Assembly: GCA_963711735.1 (NCBI GenBank)
Contig: CAVQFA010000001.1
Coordinates: forward strand, 1 to 47,606
Direction: 5' to 3'
Length of the DNA stretch: 47,606 nucleotides
Source of the DNA: Candidatus Gottesmanbacteria bacterium
GTDB lineage: Bacteria > Patescibacteriota > Microgenomatia > UBA10105 > UBA927
The notes under the pieces are model-generated. The model saw only the letters and a list, made by a program, of their open reading frames with translations. It was not told where the DNA came from and made no database searches. This document shows positions 23,780 through 33,581 of the stretch, in pieces. Numbering within the stretch: position 1 is the first letter of the stretch; the number at the start of each line of letters is the position of its first letter. Made by a program: the position numbers and the translations under genes.

Positions 23780-25192
23780 ATGAAATACTTGCGACATCTT
23801 CTGCCGCTTATCACGATACTCATCGCGGCCGTTTTCATCCGGTATGCTTTATGGGTAAACCAGCCGTACATCAAGCTTCCGCAGGACGGGTACGAGTACT
23901 ATCAAAATGGAATTTCGATGGTTCTGCATCCGATTGTTGACACAATAATCAATCCGTACCGCACACCCATTTATCCGCTTATAGTGAGCGCAAGCATGGC
24001 CCTTAGTGGCGCTTTCAATTCGCCGATTGCCTCACCCGCCTTCGGGAGAGGTGCGGATTTCCTCATGTTTCTTCAGGCAATATGCGGTGTCATTTCGGTT
24101 ATATTCCTGTACCGAATACTCGAGATCGTTAATGCTCCGCGTATTGTTATCTGGATAAGTACGTTTCTTGCAGGCACGAACCTCATGACAATTCCGTGGG
24201 AACGGACGCTTCTGACTGAAAGTATTGCAGGACTCATCCTTCTTAGCCTCATACTCCTTTTCTTTCAGATACTACACGCATATTCCCATTACTCTAATTT
24301 TAAATTTCTAAGCGCTAAATTTCTTAGTCTCTCCCTTTCTTCATTACTCTTTGCACTTCTTCTTTTCCTCGCACCTTTGATCCGTCCGTCTCTTTCCCCT
24401 ATCGGTCCCGTGCTTGCAGCCATTCTCGTCTTTGTGGGTGCCGTAAAGAAAAAGCGTACCCTTACCTTCAAAGGACTGTTGTTCCTTGTCATTTCTGTCA
24501 GTCCTGTTTTTTTATGGATAAACGGCAACACACGTATCCACAAAATACACGCATTTCAGGTTCAGGGAGATATAAATATTTTAGGGCGCATCATGAAGGA
24601 TCGTATTTCCATAGAGGGAGCTAAATCGTATGCATTCTTCTATGATGGGCTCACACATTTCAGGATTGTCGATACGGAAATGAATCCGTATAAATTTACA
24701 AAAGACATTGATCCTCTCATACACACACATCCATCCCGCCTTACCGAGCTTCAGGGATTTGTGCGGACCGTTATGAGAAAAGAAGTCCTGCCGTATACAA
24801 TGGGTGCACTGAAGGACTATCCCAATACATTTTTATCTCTGTCTCCGGAAATTACCCTGCCGTCGGAGAAAAACCGCCCGTATGCGAAGCTTCTTAGCAT
24901 CGGGCAAACAATTTCCCGCGTTATGCTTGTGTGTGTAATGGTGCTTTTTGTCGTATCGGTTATGAGGATGTTCTGGTTATTTTTGTATACAGTAAAAAAA
25001 AGATGCTCTTCACAGGTTTCTCTGTATGAGGTATCGCTTATTGCTGTAGCGTCCGTATCGCTGTTGTTTAACCTGTTTTTCGGATATGAAGATTTTGCCC
25101 GGCTGTCAGCGCCGATTATGCCTGTTATTATTTCCGTTTCAGTCTGGACACTCAATGCATTGATGAAGTCGATTAAATTCAATATTCATTAA
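23780..25192 (+). CDS. Polytopic membrane protein (470 aa), intact copy.
   Basis: ATG-initiated ORF with hydrophobic N- and C-terminal blocks flanking a ~170-aa soluble middle. It is the paralogue of the split pair at 22100-23502. Confidence 0.8.
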   Translation: MKYLRHLLPLITILIAAVFIRYALWVNQPYIKLPQDGYEYYQNGISMVLHPIVDTIINPYRTPIYPLIVSASMALSGAFNSPIASPAFGRGADFLMFLQAICGVISVIFLYRILEIVNAPRIVIWISTFLAGTNLMTIPWERTLLTESIAGLILLSLILLFFQILHAYSHYSNFKFLSAKFLSLSLSSLLFALLLFLAPLIRPSLSPIGPVLAAILVFVGAVKKKRTLTFKGLLFLVISVSPVFLWINGNTRIHKIHAFQVQGDINILGRIMKDRISIEGAKSYAFFYDGLTHFRIVDTEMNPYKFTKDIDPLIHTHPSRLTELQGFVRTVMRKEVLPYTMGALKDYPNTFLSLSPEITLPSEKNRPYAKLLSIGQTISRVMLVCVMVLFVVSVMRMFWLFLYTVKKRCSSQVSLYEVSLIAVASVSLLFNLFFGYEDFARLSAPIMPVIISVSVWTLNALMKSIKFNIH

Positions 25193-25201
25193 ACACAAAT
25201 C

Positions 25202-26797
25202 TTATTTCCTCATTGCCACACGCATAGTTCCATTCACCTTCCGGGTTATGTATCCCATCTCTCCCAACTCATTTGCCCTTGTCATCCACGATGGTATAAC
25301 AACAAACCGTACATTGTATTTATCAAGTATCTTTTTGCGTACTTGTACATCCTGTGTCCAGTAGAACAGGTCCATATCTTTTGCTTTTTGCGGACTATTA
25401 TACGTGAATGTCGGATGACCGGCTAATGTTTTACATGATGTGAAAGCAGGAATCATCGTAGAAACATCCATCGGAGCAATTACCATGTCGTTTACTCTGC
25501 AAACGCCACTCAGGTACTGTATGCTGTCCATGGTATCCCGGGGAACCAGGATAAGAGGGTTGGTCATATTTTTTCTCACATACACATTCTGCCTGGCGAC
25601 ACTTGCAACAAACGAGGGAAGCGAAAAAGCCGCGAGTGTTGCACATGCTAATAGTATGAATACCTGTTTGCGCATGCTTTTTTGCAGATAAGATCCGGTT
25701 TCCCACAAGGCAAGTGTGGTAAGAATTGCCGCAGGGATATATCCTCCTCCCTGCAGATATCTGCCGTTGGAAAGGGGCAATACTTTTGTAAGTATTGCAA
25801 GTCCGATAAACGGAACTGCATACCATCCGGCTATGATATTCCACAATAATTCTTTTTTCCTGATGGCAAACCAAATACCGGGAATTGCAAGTATTCCCGC
25901 TATTCCGAGAACTTTCAAATACCCAAGTGCATCAATCGGATACTGTTGAAATTGTTCCCAATCCCTGAAAGCGGTCCATGGAAATATGCTGTTCTGTACG
26001 GCGTAAAGGAGAATAAACGGGACACCGGAAATTGCCAAAAATACAATTACTCCGATTAATAGTTTCACTACATGTTTCCTTACGAAGTTAATTTTTTGAA
26101 TGAAGGTTATGGTCATTCCGAGTACCGTCGCGGCAAGAAATATGATTGCGGATGCCGGATTTACCCATACGGTGACAGCCATAATAAGTCCCGCGAAGAT
26201 CAAATACCGGTAGTTTTGCCGAACCAAACCCAGAGAGAAAACTATAATACTCCCGATTGCGGATGCCAGTGCAAATGTATGATGCGGAAGCCACGTGATC
26301 CTGAGTATCGGATCAAATCCCGTCCAGAATTCCCCCGCCTGACTTAAAATGCCGTTTGTGAGAAACCAAAACGGTGTTGAGAGAATGACAAGCGCAAACG
26401 CACATATTCTCTGCCGTAGGGATAATGTAAGGATTTGAAGGAGCATATATGTTATGAGAAATACCGCTACCCCACCGAAAACCCGGAGAATTGTAAACGT
26501 CAGAGGAAGAGAAAATCCGGGTGTGTGTGCAAGCATTCCGGCTACGGAAAAAAATGTGTTAACAAACTGGGGTGAAAAAATTTCCGGAGTGTAGCGGGAA
26601 GTAAGAAGAATATTTCCCTCCCACCCCTGTCTCATAAGGGACAAATACCAGTAGTAGTCTGCTTCGAAGTTATGGACTAAAGGATACACGAAACCAACGG
26701 GTGTAACTTTTATATATAAGAGTGTCTGGTAAAGGCTGGCAACAGATACGACGAGAGATACGCAAAAAACAATTATAAAGTCTTTATTTAATTTCAT
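25202..26797 (-). CDS. Polytopic membrane protein (about 531 aa from the ATG), intact copy; possibly GT-C-like.
   Basis: Uninterrupted ORF with the ATG at 26797 (MKLNKDFIIVF); the track uses the TTG at 26806. About 12 hydrophobic segments are followed by a soluble C-terminal ~130 aa. The left-arm counterpart is a pseudogene. Confidence 0.8.
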   Translation of the reverse strand: MKLNKDFIIVFCVSLVVSVASLYQTLLYIKVTPVGFVYPLVHNFEADYYWYLSLMRQGWEGNILLTSRYTPEIFSPQFVNTFFSVAGMLAHTPGFSLPLTFTILRVFGGVAVFLITYMLLQILTLSLRQRICAFALVILSTPFWFLTNGILSQAGEFWTGFDPILRITWLPHHTFALASAIGSIIVFSLGLVRQNYRYLIFAGLIMAVTVWVNPASAIIFLAATVLGMTITFIQKINFVRKHVVKLLIGVIVFLAISGVPFILLYAVQNSIFPWTAFRDWEQFQQYPIDALGYLKVLGIAGILAIPGIWFAIRKKELLWNIIAGWYAVPFIGLAILTKVLPLSNGRYLQGGGYIPAAILTTLALWETGSYLQKSMRKQVFILLACATLAAFSLPSFVASVARQNVYVRKNMTNPLILVPRDTMDSIQYLSGVCRVNDMVIAPMDVSTMIPAFTSCKTLAGHPTFTYNSPQKAKDMDLFYWTQDVQVRKKILDKYNVRFVVIPSWMTRANELGEMGYITRKVNGTMRVAMRK

Positions 26798-26807
26798 ATA
26801 TCCCAAG

Positions 26808-26874
26808 TATATATACCCATCTTACTCAGATTTGCAGCTTTCATAAGCGAAAAATCTGATTAGATGGGTCTATA
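26808..26874. repeat. Hairpin element, family member C (mirror of A).
   Basis: Sequence: tatatatacccatcttactcagattt-loop-aaatctgattagatgggtctata. The 5' arm matches the axis element at 21 of 24 positions and the 3' arm at 20 of 23. Confidence 0.7.
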
Positions 26875-27030
26875 CTCATTAGAGCGATGTTGCACTTCAG
26901 TGCACAATGAGTATATCATTCCCGCACCACTTTGCATCCGCCAACCGGCAGAAGATCGGGGGAGGTGTGTTTTGGTGTTGTATGTAGTTCCTCTTGATTG
27001 CGCGGTACAAATCCCCTAGCATACGGGTGT

Positions 27031-28742
27031 ATGAAGCGGATCGTAAACGGAAATATTTTTGCGAAAGTTGCCATAGTCCTTATTGTTGCAGCGAGAATCC
27101 ATACCGCGCTCATCCGGTATTTTGATAATGACGAGTTTTCCCATATGCACTGGGTATGGCTTATGGCGAATGGGAAAATTCCGTACCGCGACTTTTTTTT
27201 CTACATAACTCCGTTTTTCCAGTGGATACAAATTCCCATTTTTCTCCTTCCGCCGGGAGGGTATGTACTCCTTATCGCCCGTTTGTCCCAGCTTGTCACA
27301 TACCTTGCCGTTACATTTCTCATCTACATGCTTTCCAAAAAATTTGCAGACAAAACAACCGCCATACTTGCTGCCGTAATTTTTCTCACCTTCCCTATGA
27401 CATTTGACAAAACCATAGACATTCGACCGGATACCCTCATGATGCTCCTCTACCTCATTCCTGTATATTTAGCCATAAACAGCAAACCCCTCACACCGTT
27501 TCTTCTCGTGCTGGGAGGAGCAAGCATATCGCTTGGGTTTCTCATGTTACCGAAAATTCTTTTTGCGATCCCTGCACTTTTATACCTTTTTATGCTGACA
27601 AAACAGATACTGCGGCCGAAAAATATCGCTCTGTTTCTGTTAGGCGCTCTCATACCCGCTATCATTCTGATTGTGTATCTTGTCTCTCATGGTATTATGC
27701 AGGATGCATTCTATGCAATTACACGCGATTCCGTTGCGGTGAATGCCGGAAAATCACCGTTTTCTCCGTGGAAAGCACTCTCCCCGTGGCCTCTTGTTTA
27801 TATGGCCGGGGGTGGTCCGAGCCTGCCGTGGTATGTAAATACCGGCATATGGATAACCGCTCTTGCCGGTTTAATTCTCTACTTTATAAAAAAACCCGCA
27901 TACGGTGTGTTTCTTCCTCCTTTATTTCGCAGCCGGTATCCTATTTCTCTTTCTTTTCCCTGCTCCGTATCTGCAGTATTTCTTTCCGCTTTCCGTGTTT
28001 GCCTCATTTCTTTCCGCATACTTATATATATACTGTATCCGCGCATTGGTACGTCTCGCGGGTTCACTCCATGTTCCGAAGCTCGGAAAAGTGATCGTTG
28101 TCCTGTGTTACGGAGTACTTGCTCTCCTTTTGGGTACATCGTTTACCCAACAGTACCTACTCCGGTATCTCCGGGAATGGCAAATACCGAACAGATGAGT
28201 GTCATTTCGGATTTGCCCATGATACGAAGTGATGAGCCTGTTTATGATATGGTCGGTTCCTACGTATTCCGTCCCGACGGGTATTTCATCTGCTGCCATC
28301 CGTACCAGGAATTTGTCGATCATCTTTCCAAAAAAGTTCCGACGCTCCGCGAATCACTTGTTGCTACAAAAACGAAATTCATCAATACTTGACAGGACCG
28401 GTATGTCCCTCTGGCAACCGACGTCAGGCAGACCTCGATTTTTTGAAAAAAAACTACCTGCCTTCTGCTAAAAACTGGAAAATCTATCCGCTCGGGGTTA
28501 AATTCCTGTGTTACAACGGGTCATGCTTCCGGGCAGACGCCGACAACAGGGTACTCGGTGATACAACCGCAACACTGACAATCCCGATAGGAGAAACATT
28601 TACCCTGGTAACTGTTCCGCAGGGCAACACTGTCACTATTGACGGGAAGATGTATTCCCAAAAAGTTCCGCTCTCCGCGGGAACCTATTCTTTTACTGTT
28701 CCTCACACCATTTCGGAATTCACCCTCAAACTAATCCGCTAA
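27031..28742 (+). pseudogene. Frameshifted copy of the 580-aa ArnT/PMT-like GT-C gene.
   Basis: Homology to 18548-20257 leaves the main frame at ~27905 (the correct residues FFLLYFAAGILFLFLFPAPYLQYFF.. appear in ORF 27905-28198) and returns at ~28165. It is lost again at ~28385 (TKFINT-stop against TKFIILDRTGMSLWQP) and resumes in ORF 28389-28742. Confidence 0.7.
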
Positions 28743-28853
28743 GGGACCTATTCTTTCTGTTTAATTGTTTTTTTCACAATCAATTCGTAAATCGAATCTC
28801 GCAAATCGATCCTAATGCTTTACACTTTCCCCTCTTTTTGCTAGTCTATTGCC

Positions 28854-29610
28854 ATGAGTGAAACAGATGATATTCTGGAACCGCTTATTCCGGATGAAAA
28901 AAATCTTCCGAAAATAGTGATTGCCGTGTCAGTAGCTGTGATTCTCTCTTTCTGCAATCACAATCGGCGCGTACCAGTATTCTAAAAAACGCGCAACGGC
29001 AATCGTGCTTCCCGGCGGGACTACATACCTCGGTCCTTCACTGTCCCCCCAACCTACGCAGGCACCTGTTACCATTTCCAAAACGTTCACCGTTTCGCCG
29101 ACAACCCCCTGGGTAGAACATAAAGGCAAGGTGTACCCCTTCACGTTTTCCTATCCGGAAACCATGAAACTTACGCTGTTTCCCGGTGACCAAACAGACT
29201 CCATAGGATTTGGCTTTAACGGAATTCCTCCGCAAAATATCATCATTTTCCGCGTGTCGGATATAAATAAAATCGAGCCTTCCATGACTCAGTATATAAA
29301 CAAGCCGAAAATCGATTACGTGAAAAATTGGTGGACGCAGTATACAGGAGGACTCAAAGGTGTCAAATCCGTAGAGGAATTTGTTAACGCTAAGGGTATG
29401 AAAGGATATAAAGCAAAATATCTCAATCACGCAAACCAGACACCAAACGACGATGTCTTTTTCGAAATACCGGGTCGTCCTGAACTGATGGTACGCTTCG
29501 GAAACGGTCCTATCGATGCAGAAGTATTTTCCCGTATCATCGATTCATTTGCATGGGGTAAATCATCAAATCCGCTTCCTCCGACTGCCGCTCCCACACC
29601 CGCACAATAA
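28854..29610 (+). pseudogene. Frameshifted copy of the 251-aa membrane-anchored protein gene.
   Basis: The ATG at 28854 gives MSETDDILEPLIPDEKNLPKIVIAVSVAVIL. One extra nt (gtgattctctctttctgc against gtgattcttctttctgc in the left arm) then shifts the frame to a stop near 28982. The remaining ORF, 29005-29610, lacks the TM anchor. Confidence 0.65.
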
Positions 29611-29696
29611 TTATTCTCACAATATAATTATCTTCCCATTTCGCTACAACACACAGCCTACGACGTACAACATAATAACCGACCGCTCACAACCTA

Positions 29697-31337
29697 CTAC
29701 TCACATCCTGCCGGCTTTACGTCCGTGAAACGGTACACACTCGTTGTATCAAATGACCGTGCACGCATGAGGAACGGGTAACCGGTTACGGCACTCCCCT
29801 GATCTTGTTCATCATATCCGTCAAACACGGCGGTTATGTTGTTATCTTTCAGCAAATGGTATCCGTCGCAGACAGGAAGTGTGCCGTGGTAAAAATTCCA
29901 TGCCAGGGAAAGCTTTCTATCCAGATCTTTCGTATACGAATGAATGCTGTTTACATACACACGCCTGTTTGTATACGTCGGTATTATCCGCGCAGCAAGA
30001 GGCAACGCAAGAATGTTCTCGCCCGGTTTTGTTATTCCGTCCAGTGCTTGTATTGCACTTATCCATCCGCGGGACGGGTATACAAAGCGCTCGTCCATAA
30101 ATACATTCCCAATTTGCTCTTTGAGGGATGACGGGTATCCGATAAATGTAATTATTAGATATGCACCGATGAACATCGTGGAAATGATGCGCCTAAATCG
30201 GATAGAGCTTAGATATGCGATGAATTTCGATGCGAGTATCGACATCGGTATCCATGGAGCCATCTGTAAAAATCTGATATTGGAAACGGACAGTTCCCTC
30301 AGAAGTGCGTTTGGACTGTATTTGAGCATTCCTATCCGGTCCAAAAGCATAATTGATAAACCTGCCCAAAGAGCAAGAAGTATTGTTTCCTTTTTTTTCC
30401 ATCCCGTGATAAGACCCATGATGGCAAGAATAAAAACAGGGCCAAGTGCCAGAAGATATTCCGGGGTTGGTGCATACCATATCGTTTGTTCATACGGCAA
30501 AGCCAGATTCCACGGAAACCGGGAGATCATTCCTTTGAGAAGGAGAAGTGAAGTTGAAGCAAATCCGAGAGCAACGACGCTGTACAAAAGTGCCCTGAAA
30601 CGCCGACAAAGCAGTGCCCACAGAGAAACAGTGGGGAAAAGTATGAGGAGACTTGGCGGATGGATAAATCCCGCAATCCACCCGAATATAGCGAGCATTA
30701 ACCACCATAGTATCTTTTTCGTCCGGTCAAATTGCCACACGGACAAAATACTGAGCGTAAGAAGTATATGTCCAAGAAGGTAATGCGGAAGAAAGGTGAA
30801 GCGTATGATGGGATTTAACTCAGACCACCAAGTCATGTACCATTGGATATCAACTCTTCCGTTTACCCAAGTGAAGTACGGGAAGCTTGCTGAGGTCAAT
30901 GCAAAGAAAAACGCAATGATCCGATTAATCTTTTTCTCAATAAATACCCTCACAAACAGGTAAATAATGAGAACCCACAAAATACCGAAAAAGATACGCG
31001 CAGTGAGATAAACGACATGCGCGTCGTGAATCCCCACTCCCCTTCCAAACCAGCCAAGCATGAGATAAAATAGATGAACATATCCGCCGTTTTGCGCTTC
31101 GGTTGTAAACTGTCCGTACACCCTCTGGCTTCCGTCAATGCCCTCACGTACGATGCTTACATAATACGGATAATCGCTGACACTGTTATGAATCGGTATG
31201 AAGTACGCATTGTTTGGGGTATTTCTCCATTGAATGAGAAGCGGAGCTATGGAGAGTGCGAGCATAGTCAAAGCGATAAGCGTTATCCATAGAATCTCGC
31301 TTTTCAAAACTTTCTGCATGCCTGTATCATACAACAT
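29697..31337 (-). CDS. Polytopic integral membrane protein (546 aa), paralogue of 15960-17600.
   Basis: Same length and same start peptide (MLYDTGMQKV) as its paralogue. The two differ by scattered, mostly conservative substitutions. Confidence 0.8.
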   Translation of the reverse strand: MLYDTGMQKVLKSEILWITLIALTMLALSIAPLLIQWRNTPNNAYFIPIHNSVSDYPYYVSIVREGIDGSQRVYGQFTTEAQNGGYVHLFYLMLGWFGRGVGIHDAHVVYLTARIFFGILWVLIIYLFVRVFIEKKINRIIAFFFALTSASFPYFTWVNGRVDIQWYMTWWSELNPIIRFTFLPHYLLGHILLTLSILSVWQFDRTKKILWWLMLAIFGWIAGFIHPPSLLILFPTVSLWALLCRRFRALLYSVVALGFASTSLLLLKGMISRFPWNLALPYEQTIWYAPTPEYLLALGPVFILAIMGLITGWKKKETILLALWAGLSIMLLDRIGMLKYSPNALLRELSVSNIRFLQMAPWIPMSILASKFIAYLSSIRFRRIISTMFIGAYLIITFIGYPSSLKEQIGNVFMDERFVYPSRGWISAIQALDGITKPGENILALPLAARIIPTYTNRRVYVNSIHSYTKDLDRKLSLAWNFYHGTLPVCDGYHLLKDNNITAVFDGYDEQDQGSAVTGYPFLMRARSFDTTSVYRFTDVKPAGCE

Positions 31338-31424
31338 TGCCGGAATCGATTTACAATTTAAGGTTTAATAATCGTAAATCATTACATATGTTCTCTCTTT
31401 ACTCCCGACCTTCTTTTTGTCACA

Positions 31425-33359
31425 ATGAGTGTCATGGATGGAATGACATCTGCCCAAAATATATACCGCCGGATTGTCCGTATATTCCGAAAGTATCCCA
31501 CCCTCTGGATTCCGGTTGTTTTTGCAGCAGGTTTTATTATCCGCCTCGTATTTCTTCCCAACCGCGGATTTGAAGCGGACATCTCGTTCTGGAAATCCTG
31601 GGGACTTGCGGTTTACGACCACGGGATCGTCTGGGGGATAAAAAACACCAACAACAATTACCCGACTGCGTTTGCGTATGTCCTCGGGCTTATGACCAAA
31701 ACGTATAGTTTTTTTGCCGACCCGCATAATTTCCAACAGTATTGGTCCAATACCAATTCATTGTTCCTCACCATTTCCAAGCTCCCGGCAGTATTTGCTG
31801 ATTTTGGAATATTTGCCATCATTCTGTATTTCGGTAAATATGCCGCGGTGCTCGGTTTTCCGCAATTTTCCTCAGTCGTTTATATCCTTGCTGCTGCATC
31901 CATTCTTCTCAATCCGATCACGGTTATAGACGGAGCGTGGTGGGGACAGGTAGACAGCCTCGGTGTATTTGTTTTTCTCATCGCTGTACTTCTTGCTCTG
32001 AAAAAAAGACCGTATCTGGCCGGATTTATATACATGGCATCCATGATGACCAAACTTCAGAATATGGTCTACGGCCCTGTATTTTTCATCTTTCTCTGGC
32101 AGTTAACGGGTTTTTCCGGGCTCATCCGTGGTGTTGCTGGTGCCGCAACTGCCTTTATCGGGCTTAACTGGGAATTTTTCATCGCCAAAGAAATGAAGCT
32201 TGTGTTTGATCAGCTCACCGTCAACTACGATTATTTCCCCTTCATGTCCCTCAATGCCTACAACCTCTGGTGGATTGTGGCAAAAGCAAACGGCATGCAT
32301 ATGCTTGACAAGTTTTCTGTTGTCGGCATGACAAACGCCAAAACCACGGGACTTTTCCTTTTCGCGTCATCATACCTCTACGCATGCATCATAATGGTAA
32401 AAGAAACCGTACTCCGCATGGCGAAGCGTACCATAGAACCGCCTTCGGATTTGGAAATACAGAATATCCTCTACAGGTTTTTCACTGCCATGATCGTTGT
32501 TGCCGGTGCATTTTTCCTGTTCCAGACAGAATCGCACGACCGGTATGCATTTCCCATCATTGTGTATCTGCCAATCTGGCTTTTTTTTTTCCTGTGGACC
32601 GGGTCGTCAAAAAAAGAACGGTTATCACTTTTTACAACGCGGCTGTTTAAAATAAGTGCCGCCGCATTTGTAGTCTTTACGATCGTGTACTTTTTTAATC
32701 TCCACAACGCACTTGTCGACAACTATCCGCAAAACGGTTTGCCGATACTTCGTGATATGAACATCCCACTATTTACACTCATAACAGCATACCTCCAAAT
32801 GATCCTCTTCGGAGTATTCCTTTTTGCAGTTACCCGGCACGTCCCCGGTTTTTTCTATATCATTCCGGTATCTGCATTTGCCGCACTCATGCTCGTTTCC
32901 AATTTGCCGCTTATCACGAAATCGCCGGTTTATATTACGAAGTTTTTTCCGATTATAAGCCAGCAGAATTACGGAGTCAGGCGCGTTAATATGCCTGTTG
33001 CACTTGAGAATAATTCCAAAACATGGTCCCGGCTCAGCGTCCAGTATGCATTTTATCGGAACGGGTACGGCACGCACGCCAAAAGCTACCAGCAATTCAA
33101 CATTAACGGGTTATTTAAAAAATTTACAACGGATTACGGTATCGACACGGAAGCAGGACCAAACGGTTCCGCGACATTTGAAATTTACGGTGATGATAAA
33201 CCGCTCTTTGTATCCAAACCCATCAAACGATTCGATTTACCCAAACACATAGAGGTCGATGTGACGGGAGTAAAAATGCTCGGACTTGTGACCAACGATG
33301 CGGGAGACGGGATCAACGATGACCATACGGATTGGCTCAATGCTATGTTATGGCCATAA
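31425..33359 (+). CDS. GT-C-type membrane protein with a C-terminal NPCBM-like module, paralogue of 13823-15757.
   Basis: 644 codons with 17 aa differences from the left copy by my count. None of them fall in the first ~310 residues. Confidence 0.85.
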   Translation: MSVMDGMTSAQNIYRRIVRIFRKYPTLWIPVVFAAGFIIRLVFLPNRGFEADISFWKSWGLAVYDHGIVWGIKNTNNNYPTAFAYVLGLMTKTYSFFADPHNFQQYWSNTNSLFLTISKLPAVFADFGIFAIILYFGKYAAVLGFPQFSSVVYILAAASILLNPITVIDGAWWGQVDSLGVFVFLIAVLLALKKRPYLAGFIYMASMMTKLQNMVYGPVFFIFLWQLTGFSGLIRGVAGAATAFIGLNWEFFIAKEMKLVFDQLTVNYDYFPFMSLNAYNLWWIVAKANGMHMLDKFSVVGMTNAKTTGLFLFASSYLYACIIMVKETVLRMAKRTIEPPSDLEIQNILYRFFTAMIVVAGAFFLFQTESHDRYAFPIIVYLPIWLFFFLWTGSSKKERLSLFTTRLFKISAAAFVVFTIVYFFNLHNALVDNYPQNGLPILRDMNIPLFTLITAYLQMILFGVFLFAVTRHVPGFFYIIPVSAFAALMLVSNLPLITKSPVYITKFFPIISQQNYGVRRVNMPVALENNSKTWSRLSVQYAFYRNGYGTHAKSYQQFNINGLFKKFTTDYGIDTEAGPNGSATFEIYGDDKPLFVSKPIKRFDLPKHIEVDVTGVKMLGLVTNDAGDGINDDHTDWLNAMLWP

Positions 33360-33581
33360 GATACATAGAAGTTTAGCTATTAGAAGAATAATAAAAAAGA
33401 ATACAAGGAGGTGAAGGTAATAATTTTGAAATGCACTGCAGATTCGCTCTGTTGAAACTAACGAATTAATCTGTATATATATGCGAATCTGCATTGAGCA
33501 AAGTATGGTATAGCGATTAACAGTTCTGAAAGAATAACTTTACGTCATTTTAAAATTCGTTACTGAACCTCCGCAAGTCTT

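Noticed and set aside
33405-33470. A Shine-Dalgarno-like AAGGAGGTGA followed by a 12-codon mini-ORF (ATG at 33431) in the spacer between the 644-aa and YfhO-like genes, mirrored at ~13700-13780, as a possible leader peptide.
   Set aside because: The spacing from AGGAGG to the ATG is ~19 nt, too long for efficient initiation. The peptide has no regulatory-codon signature. With two identical copies there is no independent conservation evidence.
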